NCBI GenBank assembly: GCA_963710575.1
Contig: CAVQAL010000006.1
Coordinates: forward strand, 245,349 to 309,348
DNA length: 64,000 nucleotides
Reading direction: 5' to 3'
From: an uncultured delta proteobacterium
GTDB lineage: Bacteria > Desulfobacterota > Syntrophia > Syntrophales > Smithellaceae
A program made the position numbers and the translations under genes. Positions 1 through 8,693 of this stretch are shown here, piece by piece. Under the pieces are notes generated by a model. The model had not been told where the DNA came from and did not search any database. It saw only the letters and a program-made list of their open reading frames with translations. Within the stretch, counting starts at the first letter, position 1; every line of letters begins with the position of its first letter.

Positions 1-114
1 GCTATAAATCATGCATGGCAAATATCAGGACAAATATTTTTTGTATCGAGCAGCAGGACTTTTATCTTCTCTCCGTTTATAACTAATATAATATTCTTAT
101 AAGCTGCGCCAGCG

Positions 115-1662
115 CTAGATCACCATCTGAATCAGGTGGGGTCCTTGCTCATGGAGCGCCTTGCCGAGTTCTCTCGCCAGCTCCTCCGCAGTGGTTGCTT
201 TAATGGACGGGACGCCCATCCCTTTGCCTAAGTTCACCCAGTCAATGCCTGCAAGGTCGGTAAGATGTGATGCACACTTGCCTGGTAAAACTCCCAGCCG
301 GCCATACTCGACCTTCAGGATATCATAGCTCCGGTTGGAGCAGATGAGCGTGGTGACATTCAGTTTTTCTCTTGCTTCTGTCCATAACGCCTGCAGGGTA
401 TACATGCCCGCGCCGTCCGCCTGGAAGTTGATCACAGGCCTGTCGGGACAGGCTATGGCAGCGCCCACTGCGCATGGCGCGCCCTGGCCGATAGCTCCTC
501 CCGTAAGTGTAAGCAGGCTGAAAGGCGGAACGCCGGAAGAAACGGAGTAGTACATTAAACCGGTTGTAATGGCCTCCTCAACTACAATGGCTCCCTCCGG
601 CTGAAGAGCTGCGATGATCGCGCAAATCTTTTCCGGATTGAGAGCGCCTGCAGGGATTTCAGGTCTTTTTAATGAGGTAAGTATATCCGGATTAATAATC
701 TTGGTCGCGTCGAGTTCATCTGCGAGAATGTCCAGGATTTCCATCAAGTCCTGATCAGGCGTGGATAGGTGAAACTTCCTCTGCTCTTCTTTTAAAAAGT
801 TTGCCGGAATGCCTTCATAGCCGAAGAAGGGTACAGGCTCTTTTGCCCCGGCAAAGACAAACACTTCGTACTTTGACAGCATGTCCATGGCCATCTCCGG
901 AAGGTAGGGTATGCGGCGCACATCGGGCAGGCCGGCGCCACGCTCGATACGCGCCGGGAAATTCTCGGTGATGAGATCACAGCCGCATGCCTCTTTTATT
1001 CTTGCAGCAACCATCAACTCATTTCGCCCGATATGTTTGCTGCCGAGAACAAAGGCAGCTTTTTTGCCGCATCTCAACAAGGCGGCCGCTGATTTGACCG
1101 CATCCTTGCTTATGGATATTTTTTCCTGCTTATAAGGAATGACAGCGTTGTTGGCGCACTTCTTTGTCTGGAGATCAAACGGGACTATGAGGGTTGCGAT
1201 CTGTCCTTTTTCCGTGGCCCCGATTGCATCTGCCATATCCTGCCCGAGCAGATCGGAAGAGCCGCAGGTGCGTTGCCATCCTGAGACGGTCTGCGCCAGA
1301 GATTCGATATCCATGGTCAGAGGCGGGTCGGATGCGCGGTGCCAGGTGGAATGTTCGCCCACCACAGTCACAATCTTGCTGTGCGCTCTTTTGGCATTAT
1401 GCAGATTCGCGATTCCGTTTGCCAAACCCGGCCCGAGATGGAGAAGCACCATAGCCGGCTTCCGGAGCATCCTTGCATAACCGTCGGCAGCTCCGGTACA
1501 CACACCTTCAAACAAACCCAGGACAGGCCGTATGCCTCCCACTGTATCAAGCGCGACCACAAGCGGAAGCTCGGTCGTGCCCGGGTTGGCAAAACATACC
1601 TCTATCCCTGCGTCCTTCGCTGCTTTCATGATACATTCAGCTCCGTTCATAATATCCTCCAT
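115..1662 (-). CDS. Thiamine-diphosphate-dependent enzyme, acetolactate-synthase-large-subunit-like (515 aa)
   Basis: N-terminal ThDP-enzyme fold (GIEVCFANPGTTELPL). C-terminal ThDP/Mg motif variant ADGAG...SNRSY. Last gene of a tightly spaced 3-gene minus-strand cluster. Confidence 0.8.
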   Translation of the reverse strand: MEDIMNGAECIMKAAKDAGIEVCFANPGTTELPLVVALDTVGGIRPVLGLFEGVCTGAADGYARMLRKPAMVLLHLGPGLANGIANLHNAKRAHSKIVTVVGEHSTWHRASDPPLTMDIESLAQTVSGWQRTCGSSDLLGQDMADAIGATEKGQIATLIVPFDLQTKKCANNAVIPYKQEKISISKDAVKSAAALLRCGKKAAFVLGSKHIGRNELMVAARIKEACGCDLITENFPARIERGAGLPDVRRIPYLPEMAMDMLSKYEVFVFAGAKEPVPFFGYEGIPANFLKEEQRKFHLSTPDQDLMEILDILADELDATKIINPDILTSLKRPEIPAGALNPEKICAIIAALQPEGAIVVEEAITTGLMYYSVSSGVPPFSLLTLTGGAIGQGAPCAVGAAIACPDRPVINFQADGAGMYTLQALWTEAREKLNVTTLICSNRSYDILKVEYGRLGVLPGKCASHLTDLAGIDWVNLGKGMGVPSIKATTAEELARELGKALHEQGPHLIQMVI

Positions 1663-1665
1663 GAT

Positions 1666-2643
1666 TTAATTAACTAATGATTCCGGTTTCTCTCCTTTGA
1701 GCACTCGCGCGATGTTTGCTGTTGCCATATTGATGATTCTCCCGGCTGCTTCATCTGTCACACCTGCCACATGAGGCGAGAGGAGCAGTCTTTCACTTTC
1801 CACACCCAGCAGCGGATTATCCATAGTTACCGGTTCTTCGGAAAAGACATCAATGCCCGCACCGGCAATCCTTCCCTTCGTGATGGCTTCGGCAAGAGCC
1901 TTTTCATCAACAAGCTCGGCCCGGGCTACATTAATAAGATAGGCGCCCGGCTTCATGGAATTGAGGGCATCTTCATTGATCATGGCGCGGGTTGCCTCCG
2001 TGAGGGGTGCATGAAGACTGATGATGTCGGACTGACTCAAGATGTTGGCCAACTCAGTGTATTCAACCCCGAGCGCCTGTTCAACAGATGGTTCCGGTCG
2101 GTAAGTATCATGGTAAATGATCCGGCTCAACTGGAAAGGTTTGAGCTTTTCTGCAACCGCCTGGCCAATGCGTCCAAATCCGATTATACCCCATACCTTT
2201 CCTTTAAGCTCTGCAGGCTTTATACTCATTTGTTCCCAGCCTCCCGACTTCGTGCTTGTATGGGCGTGGAACATATTTTTGAGAAGACAAAGTCCCCAGG
2301 CGATTGTATGTTCGGCCACACTGATTGTATTGGCGCCTGCGGTATTGGCCACTTTGATTCCTTTTGCCGTGCAGGCATCCACATCTATGTGCTGATAGCC
2401 CACGCTGGGCTGCTGGATGAATTTTAGATTTCGTGCTGCGAATACAATATCTGCGGTGATCTTTTTTTTGAAGGTGTAATCGCCTAAAACTACATCAACC
2501 TCCGGAATTATTTTTTTGATCTTTTCTTCCGGCATTTCGTTGCCGGGGATGACCTTAAAATCAGGCACGTCAGGCATTTGTTGAATAAGAAGTTTCACGA
2601 TCTCGGCAGACAGCGGTGCCAGTGAAAGCACTATCTTGGCCAT
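1666..2643 (-). CDS. D-isomer-specific 2-hydroxyacid dehydrogenase (NAD-binding)
   Basis: GxGxxG fold GIIGFGRIGQAVAEKL and the C-terminal SPHVAG region. Start moved to ATG 2643 (MAKIVLSL) because GGAGG lies 6 nt upstream. The longer track ORF (to 2718) would overlap the upstream gene. Confidence 0.85.
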   Translation of the reverse strand: MAKIVLSLAPLSAEIVKLLIQQMPDVPDFKVIPGNEMPEEKIKKIIPEVDVVLGDYTFKKKITADIVFAARNLKFIQQPSVGYQHIDVDACTAKGIKVANTAGANTISVAEHTIAWGLCLLKNMFHAHTSTKSGGWEQMSIKPAELKGKVWGIIGFGRIGQAVAEKLKPFQLSRIIYHDTYRPEPSVEQALGVEYTELANILSQSDIISLHAPLTEATRAMINEDALNSMKPGAYLINVARAELVDEKALAEAITKGRIAGAGIDVFSEEPVTMDNPLLGVESERLLLSPHVAGVTDEAAGRIINMATANIARVLKGEKPESLVN

Positions 2644-2671
2644 ATCATTCCTCCTATCTTTTGTGTTTGAT

Positions 2672-4315
2672 TCATTTAAGAACAGCTCCCTGGGCTGCGG
2701 AACCGACCATCTTGACATAGCGCCGCATATAACCCGGCGGGATCTGCTTCGATACCAGCTTCCATTCGGCCAGCCGCCGCGCGATTTCCTCCGGTTTCAT
2801 ATCTACGTCAAGCCTGCGTCCAGGTATATCAATCATAATGACGTCGCCGTTTTGGATGATGGCGATCGGCCCGCCGCACGCCGCTTCGGGTGAGACATGC
2901 CCGATGCAGGGACCGGCCGTGGCGCCGGAGAAGCGGCCGTCCGTGACCAGTGCCACATTGGTAAATCCCGCCAGATCAAGGCCCATTGTGACTGCCAGGG
3001 TTTCAGGCATACCGGGCCCGCCTTTGGGTCCTTCGTAACGGATGACAATTACCTCGCCTTCGTTGAGCGTTTTGTTTCGGATAGCCTGCAAAACGTCGGT
3101 CTCAGCGTCGAAAACCCGTGCCGGTCCGGTGAATACGCGCATATGTTCGGCTACCGCGGATTGCTTGACCACTGCGCCTTCAGGCGCGAGAGTTCCGAAA
3201 AGCGCGACCGTACCACCTTCCGGCATAAAGGCATGGGCTTTATCCGGGATGATGGCAGGATTTTTCACTTCGGCCTGGTCGATAATATCGCCGATGCTCA
3301 TGCCTGATACCGTCAAAGGATCGCGATGAAGATTTTCGCCGAGCATTTTCATGACGGCCGGTATGCCGCCGGCTACGAAAAGATCAACCATGCCGTGGGG
3401 ACCGTTGGGAGAAATACCGCACAGGGTCGGGATGGTGTTGCTGTAGTCGTTGAAACGTGTCAGCGGTAATTCGAGTTCAAATTCATGAGCAATGGCTGGC
3501 AGATGCAGGGCAACATTTGTGGAACCTCCGATGGCCAGACTCACCATCAGCGCGTTTTCCAAAGACTCACGGGTAATGATTTTCCGGATGGAGATTCCTT
3601 CCTCGACCAACTCTACGATACGCTGACCGGCATGACGGGCATAAAGCAGTTTGGCGGAATGAAAGGCCGGGACAGTGGCCGAACCCGCGAGGCTGATACC
3701 CAGGGCTTCCGTGAGGGACTGCATGGTATTGGCGGTACCCATCAATTCGCACGAGCCGCACGTTGCCGCCGTTGCCGTTGCCAGTTTATCAAAGAGATCG
3801 GTGTAGCATTTATGATCTACACCGCCGCGCATGCTCGGTTTGAAGCGGATATCCCAGGCATTCGGTCCTCCGGTAACGAAGATGGCGGGCAAATCCAGCC
3901 GGGCGGCGGCCATGATCATGCCGGGAATAATCTTGTCGCAACTGGCGATGAAGACTATGCCGTCATAGCGCATGCTGCGGGCATGCGTCTCAATGATGTC
4001 GGCAATCAAATCGCGTTGAGCCAGAACAAAGCGCATCCCGGCGTGGCCTTCGGTCATGCCATCGCAGGGAGCGGGAACATTGAATTCAAAGGGCAAGCCG
4101 CCGGCCGCGTTCACTCCATCCTTGACTCTGTGGGCGATTGTGCCCAAGTGCATATGGCCGGGATTGATCTCGGTCAGCGAATTGGCAATGGCAATAATCG
4201 GCTTTTTGCCTGCCTCAGTAAGATCGGTGCCTGTGCCTTGAAAGATAGATTTCCGCACAATGCTGATTGGGAAATCGCTGTCATCAAAAATAGATGAACT
4301 CTGGGGTTTCTTCAT
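2672..4315 (-). CDS. ilvD: IlvD/Edd-family dehydratase (dihydroxy-acid dehydratase-like, 547 aa)
   Basis: Family signatures ASCDKIIPGM, GGSTN and a C-terminal GRFSG-type region. AGGAGGAGG RBS lies upstream of ATG 4315. The gene symbol is a family-level call only; the context suggests a sugar-acid or other non-BCAA role is possible. Confidence 0.8.
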   Translation of the reverse strand: MKKPQSSSIFDDSDFPISIVRKSIFQGTGTDLTEAGKKPIIAIANSLTEINPGHMHLGTIAHRVKDGVNAAGGLPFEFNVPAPCDGMTEGHAGMRFVLAQRDLIADIIETHARSMRYDGIVFIASCDKIIPGMIMAAARLDLPAIFVTGGPNAWDIRFKPSMRGGVDHKCYTDLFDKLATATAATCGSCELMGTANTMQSLTEALGISLAGSATVPAFHSAKLLYARHAGQRIVELVEEGISIRKIITRESLENALMVSLAIGGSTNVALHLPAIAHEFELELPLTRFNDYSNTIPTLCGISPNGPHGMVDLFVAGGIPAVMKMLGENLHRDPLTVSGMSIGDIIDQAEVKNPAIIPDKAHAFMPEGGTVALFGTLAPEGAVVKQSAVAEHMRVFTGPARVFDAETDVLQAIRNKTLNEGEVIVIRYEGPKGGPGMPETLAVTMGLDLAGFTNVALVTDGRFSGATAGPCIGHVSPEAACGGPIAIIQNGDVIMIDIPGRRLDVDMKPEEIARRLAEWKLVSKQIPPGYMRRYVKMVGSAAQGAVLK

Positions 4316-4414
4316 ATGACCTCCTCCTTTAAATCCTTCATCGTACTGTCCTTAATAACCAGAGCTGTTTTGTTGTTTAGGTTAAAATCCACTTTCCCAT
4401 ATATTTCACCTTTT

Positions 4415-4765
4415 CTAACGTAAACCTATAACATTCGTAAAGCTTTTTCCCAGAATCTTTTTACGGATTTTGATATCGGCAAACATGCCTTCGATCCTGC
4501 GTTTCATAAAACCATAGTCGTATTGGTGATCTGGACTATGAAAACCGGATGGTCCGTCCGTGCCGAAGAAAAGTCGATCTGCTCTGAACATATCCACGGC
4601 CCGGCGAGTTGCCCTCTCGCTGGTATAGCTGGTCTGGGAAAGATCCATGTAGGCATTCCGGAGAGGTTTAATTTTTTTCCATGTGTCTGCATATTCGGGG
4701 AAGCCGCCATGAGCCAGAGATGAGCTTAAGGTGGGGCACTTTGTCGAATCGTCTGATTGTTTGAT
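4415..4765 (-). pseudogene. 5'-truncated amidohydrolase-family gene remnant (C-terminal ~116 codons only)
   Basis: The reading frame is open from 4765 (just after an in-frame TAA at 4768-4766) to the stop at 4415. It encodes ...LSSSLAHGGFPEYADTWKKIKPLRNAYMDLSQTSY...LFFGTDGPSG.... This resembles the C-terminal half of metal-dependent amidohydrolases (AHGG and F-G-T/S-D motifs). No ATG/GTG/TTG occurs before the internal M at 4648, and no N-terminal half is present. Confidence 0.55.
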
Positions 4766-4837
4766 TTATATAATTCGGTTATTTTATTCAAAGAGCAAGT
4801 TAATAAATAATACTTATTCTTTTCTTTGAAAATGATT

Positions 4838-5818
4838 TCATCTTGGTGCCTTACTATATCCCGCCCTGATAGCATCAGTTTCAGAATCAAATTCTACACG
4901 GTGATAAGCCTTTACTGCATTGTAGTTTTTCATGCCGGGGAGGTGATATTTTTTACTGTCGCTATTACCGATAACTTTTGTTTTTTGCTTTGCCTCTGGT
5001 GCTGGTGTTGCCTCTAAAGCTGTTATTGCCTCTAAAACTGTTATTTTCTTTGCTTCCGGAGCTGGAGTTGCCTTTGTTATAATATTAGGAATAAGCCTCC
5101 TATCAAATTCAGGAATGGAAACGAATATCTTTAGCAGAACTACTATCAAAATAATTGTACCTAACGAAATTATTGCTATTTTTATCCATTGCTTATTTTT
5201 AATCGGGGGTGCTTTTTTAGTTTCTTCAATATTTATATTACCAGAATCAATCGGGGATAGTTTTATAGTTTCTACGCTATTTTTATCACCTATATGTGAC
5301 TGCCGCAGAAGAGCGCTGATGGGGAGTACTTTTTTAATTTCTAAGATATTTTTATCACCTATATGTGACTGACGATGACGAGTGCTTATTAGGAGTACTT
5401 TTTTAGTTTCTTTGATATTTTTATTACCAGAATCAATTAGAGGTACTTTATCTTTGACAAACTCAGATTTATTAGATTCTAGTTGCCATGAGATATAATC
5501 ATCAAGTTTCTCCATTTCCTTGCTGGGGTAGAATTCCACACCAACCTCATAAGACTCATTCTCAATGATAACTGTACTCCATTTTACTTTTCCGAGGATT
5601 TTTATCTGTTGGTGCACAACCTTTGATGTGATATCTAATTCAATGATGGTATTAACGGGCAAAAGAATATTGGTCTGAATTTTGGCCCCGCACACGGAGA
5701 TATCCTTAGTAAGATTACCGTTGATTTCTTCTTCTGGAAGATTTTTTCCTCCGGAGACGACTGTTATGGCAACCTCATTCTCATCCTTTATTCTTGGCGC
5801 TCTTCTTTTTTCGTCCAT
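4838..5818 (-). CDS. PilZ-domain protein with internal 23-aa repeats, one TM helix and a C-terminal Cys-less sunset/Ada-like module (326 aa)
   Basis: Canonical c-di-GMP-binding motifs RRAPR (RxxxR) and DISVCG (DxSxxG) near the N-terminus. Repeat region ...RQSHIGDKN... x2. TM segment IKIAIISLGTIILIVVLLKIF. Tail KKYHLPGMKNYNAVKAYHRVEFDSETDAIRAGYSKAP. GAGGAA RBS lies before ATG 5818. The gene is markedly AT-rich. Confidence 0.8.
   Translation of the reverse strand: MDEKRRAPRIKDENEVAITVVSGGKNLPEEEINGNLTKDISVCGAKIQTNILLPVNTIIELDITSKVVHQQIKILGKVKWSTVIIENESYEVGVEFYPSKEMEKLDDYISWQLESNKSEFVKDKVPLIDSGNKNIKETKKVLLISTRHRQSHIGDKNILEIKKVLPISALLRQSHIGDKNSVETIKLSPIDSGNINIEETKKAPPIKNKQWIKIAIISLGTIILIVVLLKIFVSIPEFDRRLIPNIITKATPAPEAKKITVLEAITALEATPAPEAKQKTKVIGNSDSKKYHLPGMKNYNAVKAYHRVEFDSETDAIRAGYSKAPR
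5215..5437 (-). repeat. Intragenic direct/tandem repeats inside the PilZ gene (69-nt unit x2 at 5280-5348 and 5349-5417, flanked by a ~35-nt direct repeat at 5215-5250 and 5402-5437)
   Basis: Hand alignment shows both 69-nt units start tttttatcacctatatgtgactg and end gagtactttttta.tttct..gata (~80% identical). The flanking units share tattaccagaatcaat. Confidence 0.85.
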
Positions 5819-5941
5819 AACGATTCATTCCTCATTTTTTTCAGAATGCCCGGTTTTCACTCTTCCCTTCAAACACTACTTTATTCATGGTCTAAATATA
5901 AGAAAATCATTTTTGTATATTAATGTAATATCAGCCACAAT

Positions 5942-6080
5942 TGACCTGTCCCAAATGCTTTGACTTCCCCCGAATATTTGTACCATATGTTAAGTTAGAA
6001 TTCAGCTATTTTCTGATTATTTTCGTTTGAAATGTTGTATAAATCGGAAAACAAGAAAAACAACATTACAGAAAGAAATG
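5942..6080 (-). repeat. Interspersed repeat family B, copy 4 (long form)
   Basis: The reverse complement reads ttctgtaatgttgtttttcttgttttcc...caacatttcaaacg...gctgaattctaacttaacatatggtacaaa...tttgggacaggtca. It aligns over ~120-140 nt with 58752-58868. It shares the 18-mer ctgtaatgttgtttttct with 39669-39689 and 58758-58778. Confidence 0.8.
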
Positions 6081-6118
6081 CCTACCTTGGGATCGAGTTA
6101 CAAAACTTACGTTAGAGT

Positions 6119-6613
6119 TCACGTCCGTAATTGATTTATCAATTCTAAAATGGCACCTACAGCCGGTTGCACAAGCGCCTGCACCTTGGGCGAAAGGGTT
6201 CGTTTAAAATCAAAATCATAGCCGCGTATGGAGACCAGATGCGCCTTGGGTTCGCATTGATACATGGTCTTGAGAAATGCCAAAAGTGCCGCAGGCGTCA
6301 TGTGATGGGTAAATGAAGAAGAAACATATTGTGCCTCAACCGGCGAGCAGTTGAGATCTTCCAGATCGGAACCGACATGCGCATCAACAAATATTATTTT
6401 ATTATAGCCCGTGAGCAGTTCCATTATTTCCGGCACAAGCTGGAGTAGAAAGATGGAATCATTTTCACCATCCATTTCATCCATACCGGTATCACCATCT
6501 TCCAGCAGTTTCTGCCCCAGTTGCCGGCGCAACGCGTTGATTACAGCAAAGGCGACGCCATCATCTGAACGGTATATATTGCCATATCCGATAATAATTG
6601 TTTTGGAATTCAT
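6119..6613 (-). CDS. hoxW: [NiFe] hydrogenase maturation endopeptidase
   Basis: N-terminal IIIGYGNIYRSDDGVA motif typical of HybD/HoxW/HycI proteases. Lies directly downstream of the hydrogenase large subunit. Confidence 0.8.
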   Translation of the reverse strand: MNSKTIIIGYGNIYRSDDGVAFAVINALRRQLGQKLLEDGDTGMDEMDGENDSIFLLQLVPEIMELLTGYNKIIFVDAHVGSDLEDLNCSPVEAQYVSSSFTHHMTPAALLAFLKTMYQCEPKAHLVSIRGYDFDFKRTLSPKVQALVQPAVGAILELINQLRT

Positions 6614-6694
6614 TTTATTGTTAAGATTTTTCCTGGAAAAAACAGGCGGGTAAGCATCTTCACTTATCCGCCAGAAATATTATGTGTGCCTGCA

Positions 6695-8122
6695 TTAGCG
6701 GCTGATGCGGTCAAGAACGGTGCCGTCGGCAGCCATCAATGTCACTTCCAGCGGCATTTTGCCGATGGCATGCGTGGAACAGGACAGGCAGGGATCATAG
6801 CAGCGAATAGCCGCCTCCACTCTGTTCAACATTCCTTCAGTCAGCTTTGTTCCATCAACATAAGCCTTGGCCACAGATCCGGCCGCCGTATGCATGGCCC
6901 AATTGTTATTGCCGGTAGCTACGATGAGATTAACTCTGGTCAAAATGCCGTTTTCATCCGTGCCGTAGTCATGGAAAAGCGTTCCGCGAGGCGCTTCAAT
7001 GACGCCCACACCCTGGCCGGGAACATTTTCCAGCGGCGGATAGTTGCGAACATTCGTAGACATAATATCCGGATCATCCAGTAACTGGCCAATGCGTTCC
7101 AAACCATAAAGAGCCTCAATCATCCGCGCATAGTGATAATACAGGGAACCTTCCACAGGAAGGCCGCCGTTGATTTGCCTGAATAGCTTGAATTCTTCCT
7201 GAGCCAGCGGCGTGCCGATTTTATCGATAACATTGAGTCTGCCCAAAGGACCCACACGATAGAATCCCTGGGGAAAGCCCATTTTCCGCAGGTAAGGATG
7301 CTTCAAGAATGACCACGGCTCGACATGCTCGGCAATGAAAGACAGATAGTGTTCCGGTTTAAACTGAGCCAGAAATTTCCCCTGCGCGCCTTTCACGCGA
7401 ATCTCACCGTCATACAGTTGAAGTCCTCCTTCCGCATCCACCAGCCCCATATAACTGGAGGGGAAAGAAGCAAAAGTTGAGGCAGTATCCCTATTGGCTT
7501 CGAGCCAGCCTTTGGCAATGCTGATCGCATCCTGAGCTATTGCGGTCATTGCCTTTAGCTCCGCCGCCATAGCTTTACGATTTTCTTGAGTCAAAGGAGC
7601 ATTGACTCCGCCTGCGACTGTAAAATTAGCATGTACGCGTTTTCCACCAAGCCTCTCAATGATCTGCTGACCGTAGCGGCGCAGGTTAACGGCTTTCAGC
7701 GCCAGTTTCGGATTTTCTTTTATTATTCTGAAAACATTGCGCGTTGCGGGATCAGAATCAAAGCCGAAGAGCAGATCAGGCGCCGCCAGATGGAAAAAAT
7801 GCATGCCGTGGGACTGAACTGTCTGCCCCATGTGCATTAGTTCGCGCAATAGTTTGGCGGTTCGCGTTGGCTCCACACGAGCAACAGCATCACATGCCTT
7901 GGATGCCGCCAGATGATGGCTGATTGGACAGATTCCGCATATGCGCTGCGTAATTTGCGGCATTTCATAATATGGCCGGCCTTCGCAGAATTTTTCCAAA
8001 CCGCGGAATTCGTCAACGTGGAAAAAAGTTTGTTCCACCGCTCCTTGGTCATCAAGATGTATGGTTACACGTCCATGACCTTCAATACGTGTTACAGGCT
8101 CAATAGTTATCTTCCGACCCAT
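6695..8122 (-). CDS. hoxH: [NiFe] hydrogenase large subunit, group-3 (HoxH-like, 475 aa)
   Basis: N-terminal RIEGHG and RICGICPISHH (L1 Ni-binding) motifs. C-terminal DPCLSCSTH (L5 Ni-binding) motif followed by a cleavable tail. GAGGAG RBS. Confidence 0.9.
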   Translation of the reverse strand: MGRKITIEPVTRIEGHGRVTIHLDDQGAVEQTFFHVDEFRGLEKFCEGRPYYEMPQITQRICGICPISHHLAASKACDAVARVEPTRTAKLLRELMHMGQTVQSHGMHFFHLAAPDLLFGFDSDPATRNVFRIIKENPKLALKAVNLRRYGQQIIERLGGKRVHANFTVAGGVNAPLTQENRKAMAAELKAMTAIAQDAISIAKGWLEANRDTASTFASFPSSYMGLVDAEGGLQLYDGEIRVKGAQGKFLAQFKPEHYLSFIAEHVEPWSFLKHPYLRKMGFPQGFYRVGPLGRLNVIDKIGTPLAQEEFKLFRQINGGLPVEGSLYYHYARMIEALYGLERIGQLLDDPDIMSTNVRNYPPLENVPGQGVGVIEAPRGTLFHDYGTDENGILTRVNLIVATGNNNWAMHTAAGSVAKAYVDGTKLTEGMLNRVEAAIRCYDPCLSCSTHAIGKMPLEVTLMAADGTVLDRISR

Positions 8123-8134
8123 AAAAGTTCTCCT

Positions 8135-8680
8135 CTAATCGTATGTAAATAATTCGGGCGGTAAAATTACCGGTGTGCGTCCCGCAAGCAACTCCGTTAA
8201 TGCATAATAAAATGCATCCGCTCTCGGCGGACAACCCGGAATGAACAGATCAACCTTGACCACTTTATCCACTCCAACAACCATATCCAAAGGCTTTCCC
8301 AGTTCCTCGGAATCCGGAATAATTCCATCAACAGTGCTTTCCGTTTCCAGATACGCGCGCCTCAAGGCCGCATCAGTACCCACGAGATTGCGCATGGCCG
8401 GAACACCGCCGAATGTTGCGCAGTCGCCAACGGCGATGAGAATATCGCAGCGCTCACGCATTTGTTTGGCGACTTCAACATTGTGAGTATTGCAGATAGC
8501 TCCTTCCAGAATGCCCACCGTTACGCCTTCTTTAGGCGGATGCTTGAGATCCGTTATCGGGCTCGATGTAAATTCAACCAATTCCGAAAGCTTTACAATA
8601 CGCTCATCAATATCCAGAAACGACATATGACATCCCGCGCAGCCTGCCAACCAGTCTGTCGCTACCTTGACTTTTGCCAT
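8135..8680 (-). CDS. hoxY: [NiFe] hydrogenase small subunit, short group-3 type (HoxY-like, 181 aa)
   Basis: Cys motifs AGCAGCHMS, GDCATFGG and IPGCPP. No Tat signal. The size is typical of cytoplasmic bidirectional hydrogenases. Confidence 0.85.
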   Translation of the reverse strand: MAKVKVATDWLAGCAGCHMSFLDIDERIVKLSELVEFTSSPITDLKHPPKEGVTVGILEGAICNTHNVEVAKQMRERCDILIAVGDCATFGGVPAMRNLVGTDAALRRAYLETESTVDGIIPDSEELGKPLDMVVGVDKVVKVDLFIPGCPPRADAFYYALTELLAGRTPVILPPELFTYD

Positions 8681-8693
8681 CCGGGTTCTCCTT

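Noticed and set aside
3485-4297. Long antisense or off-frame ORFs in the track. Examples are 3485-4297 (270 aa), 53144-53806 (220 aa), 47547-48122 (191 aa), 9872-10423 (183 aa), 48907-49419 (170 aa), 61790-62281 (163 aa), 17281-17781 (166 aa) and 1771-2427 (218 aa).
   Set aside because: Each lies entirely inside a strongly supported gene on the opposite strand or in another frame. Each has an Arg/Cys/His-rich or otherwise low-complexity shadow-ORF composition and no RBS or motif.
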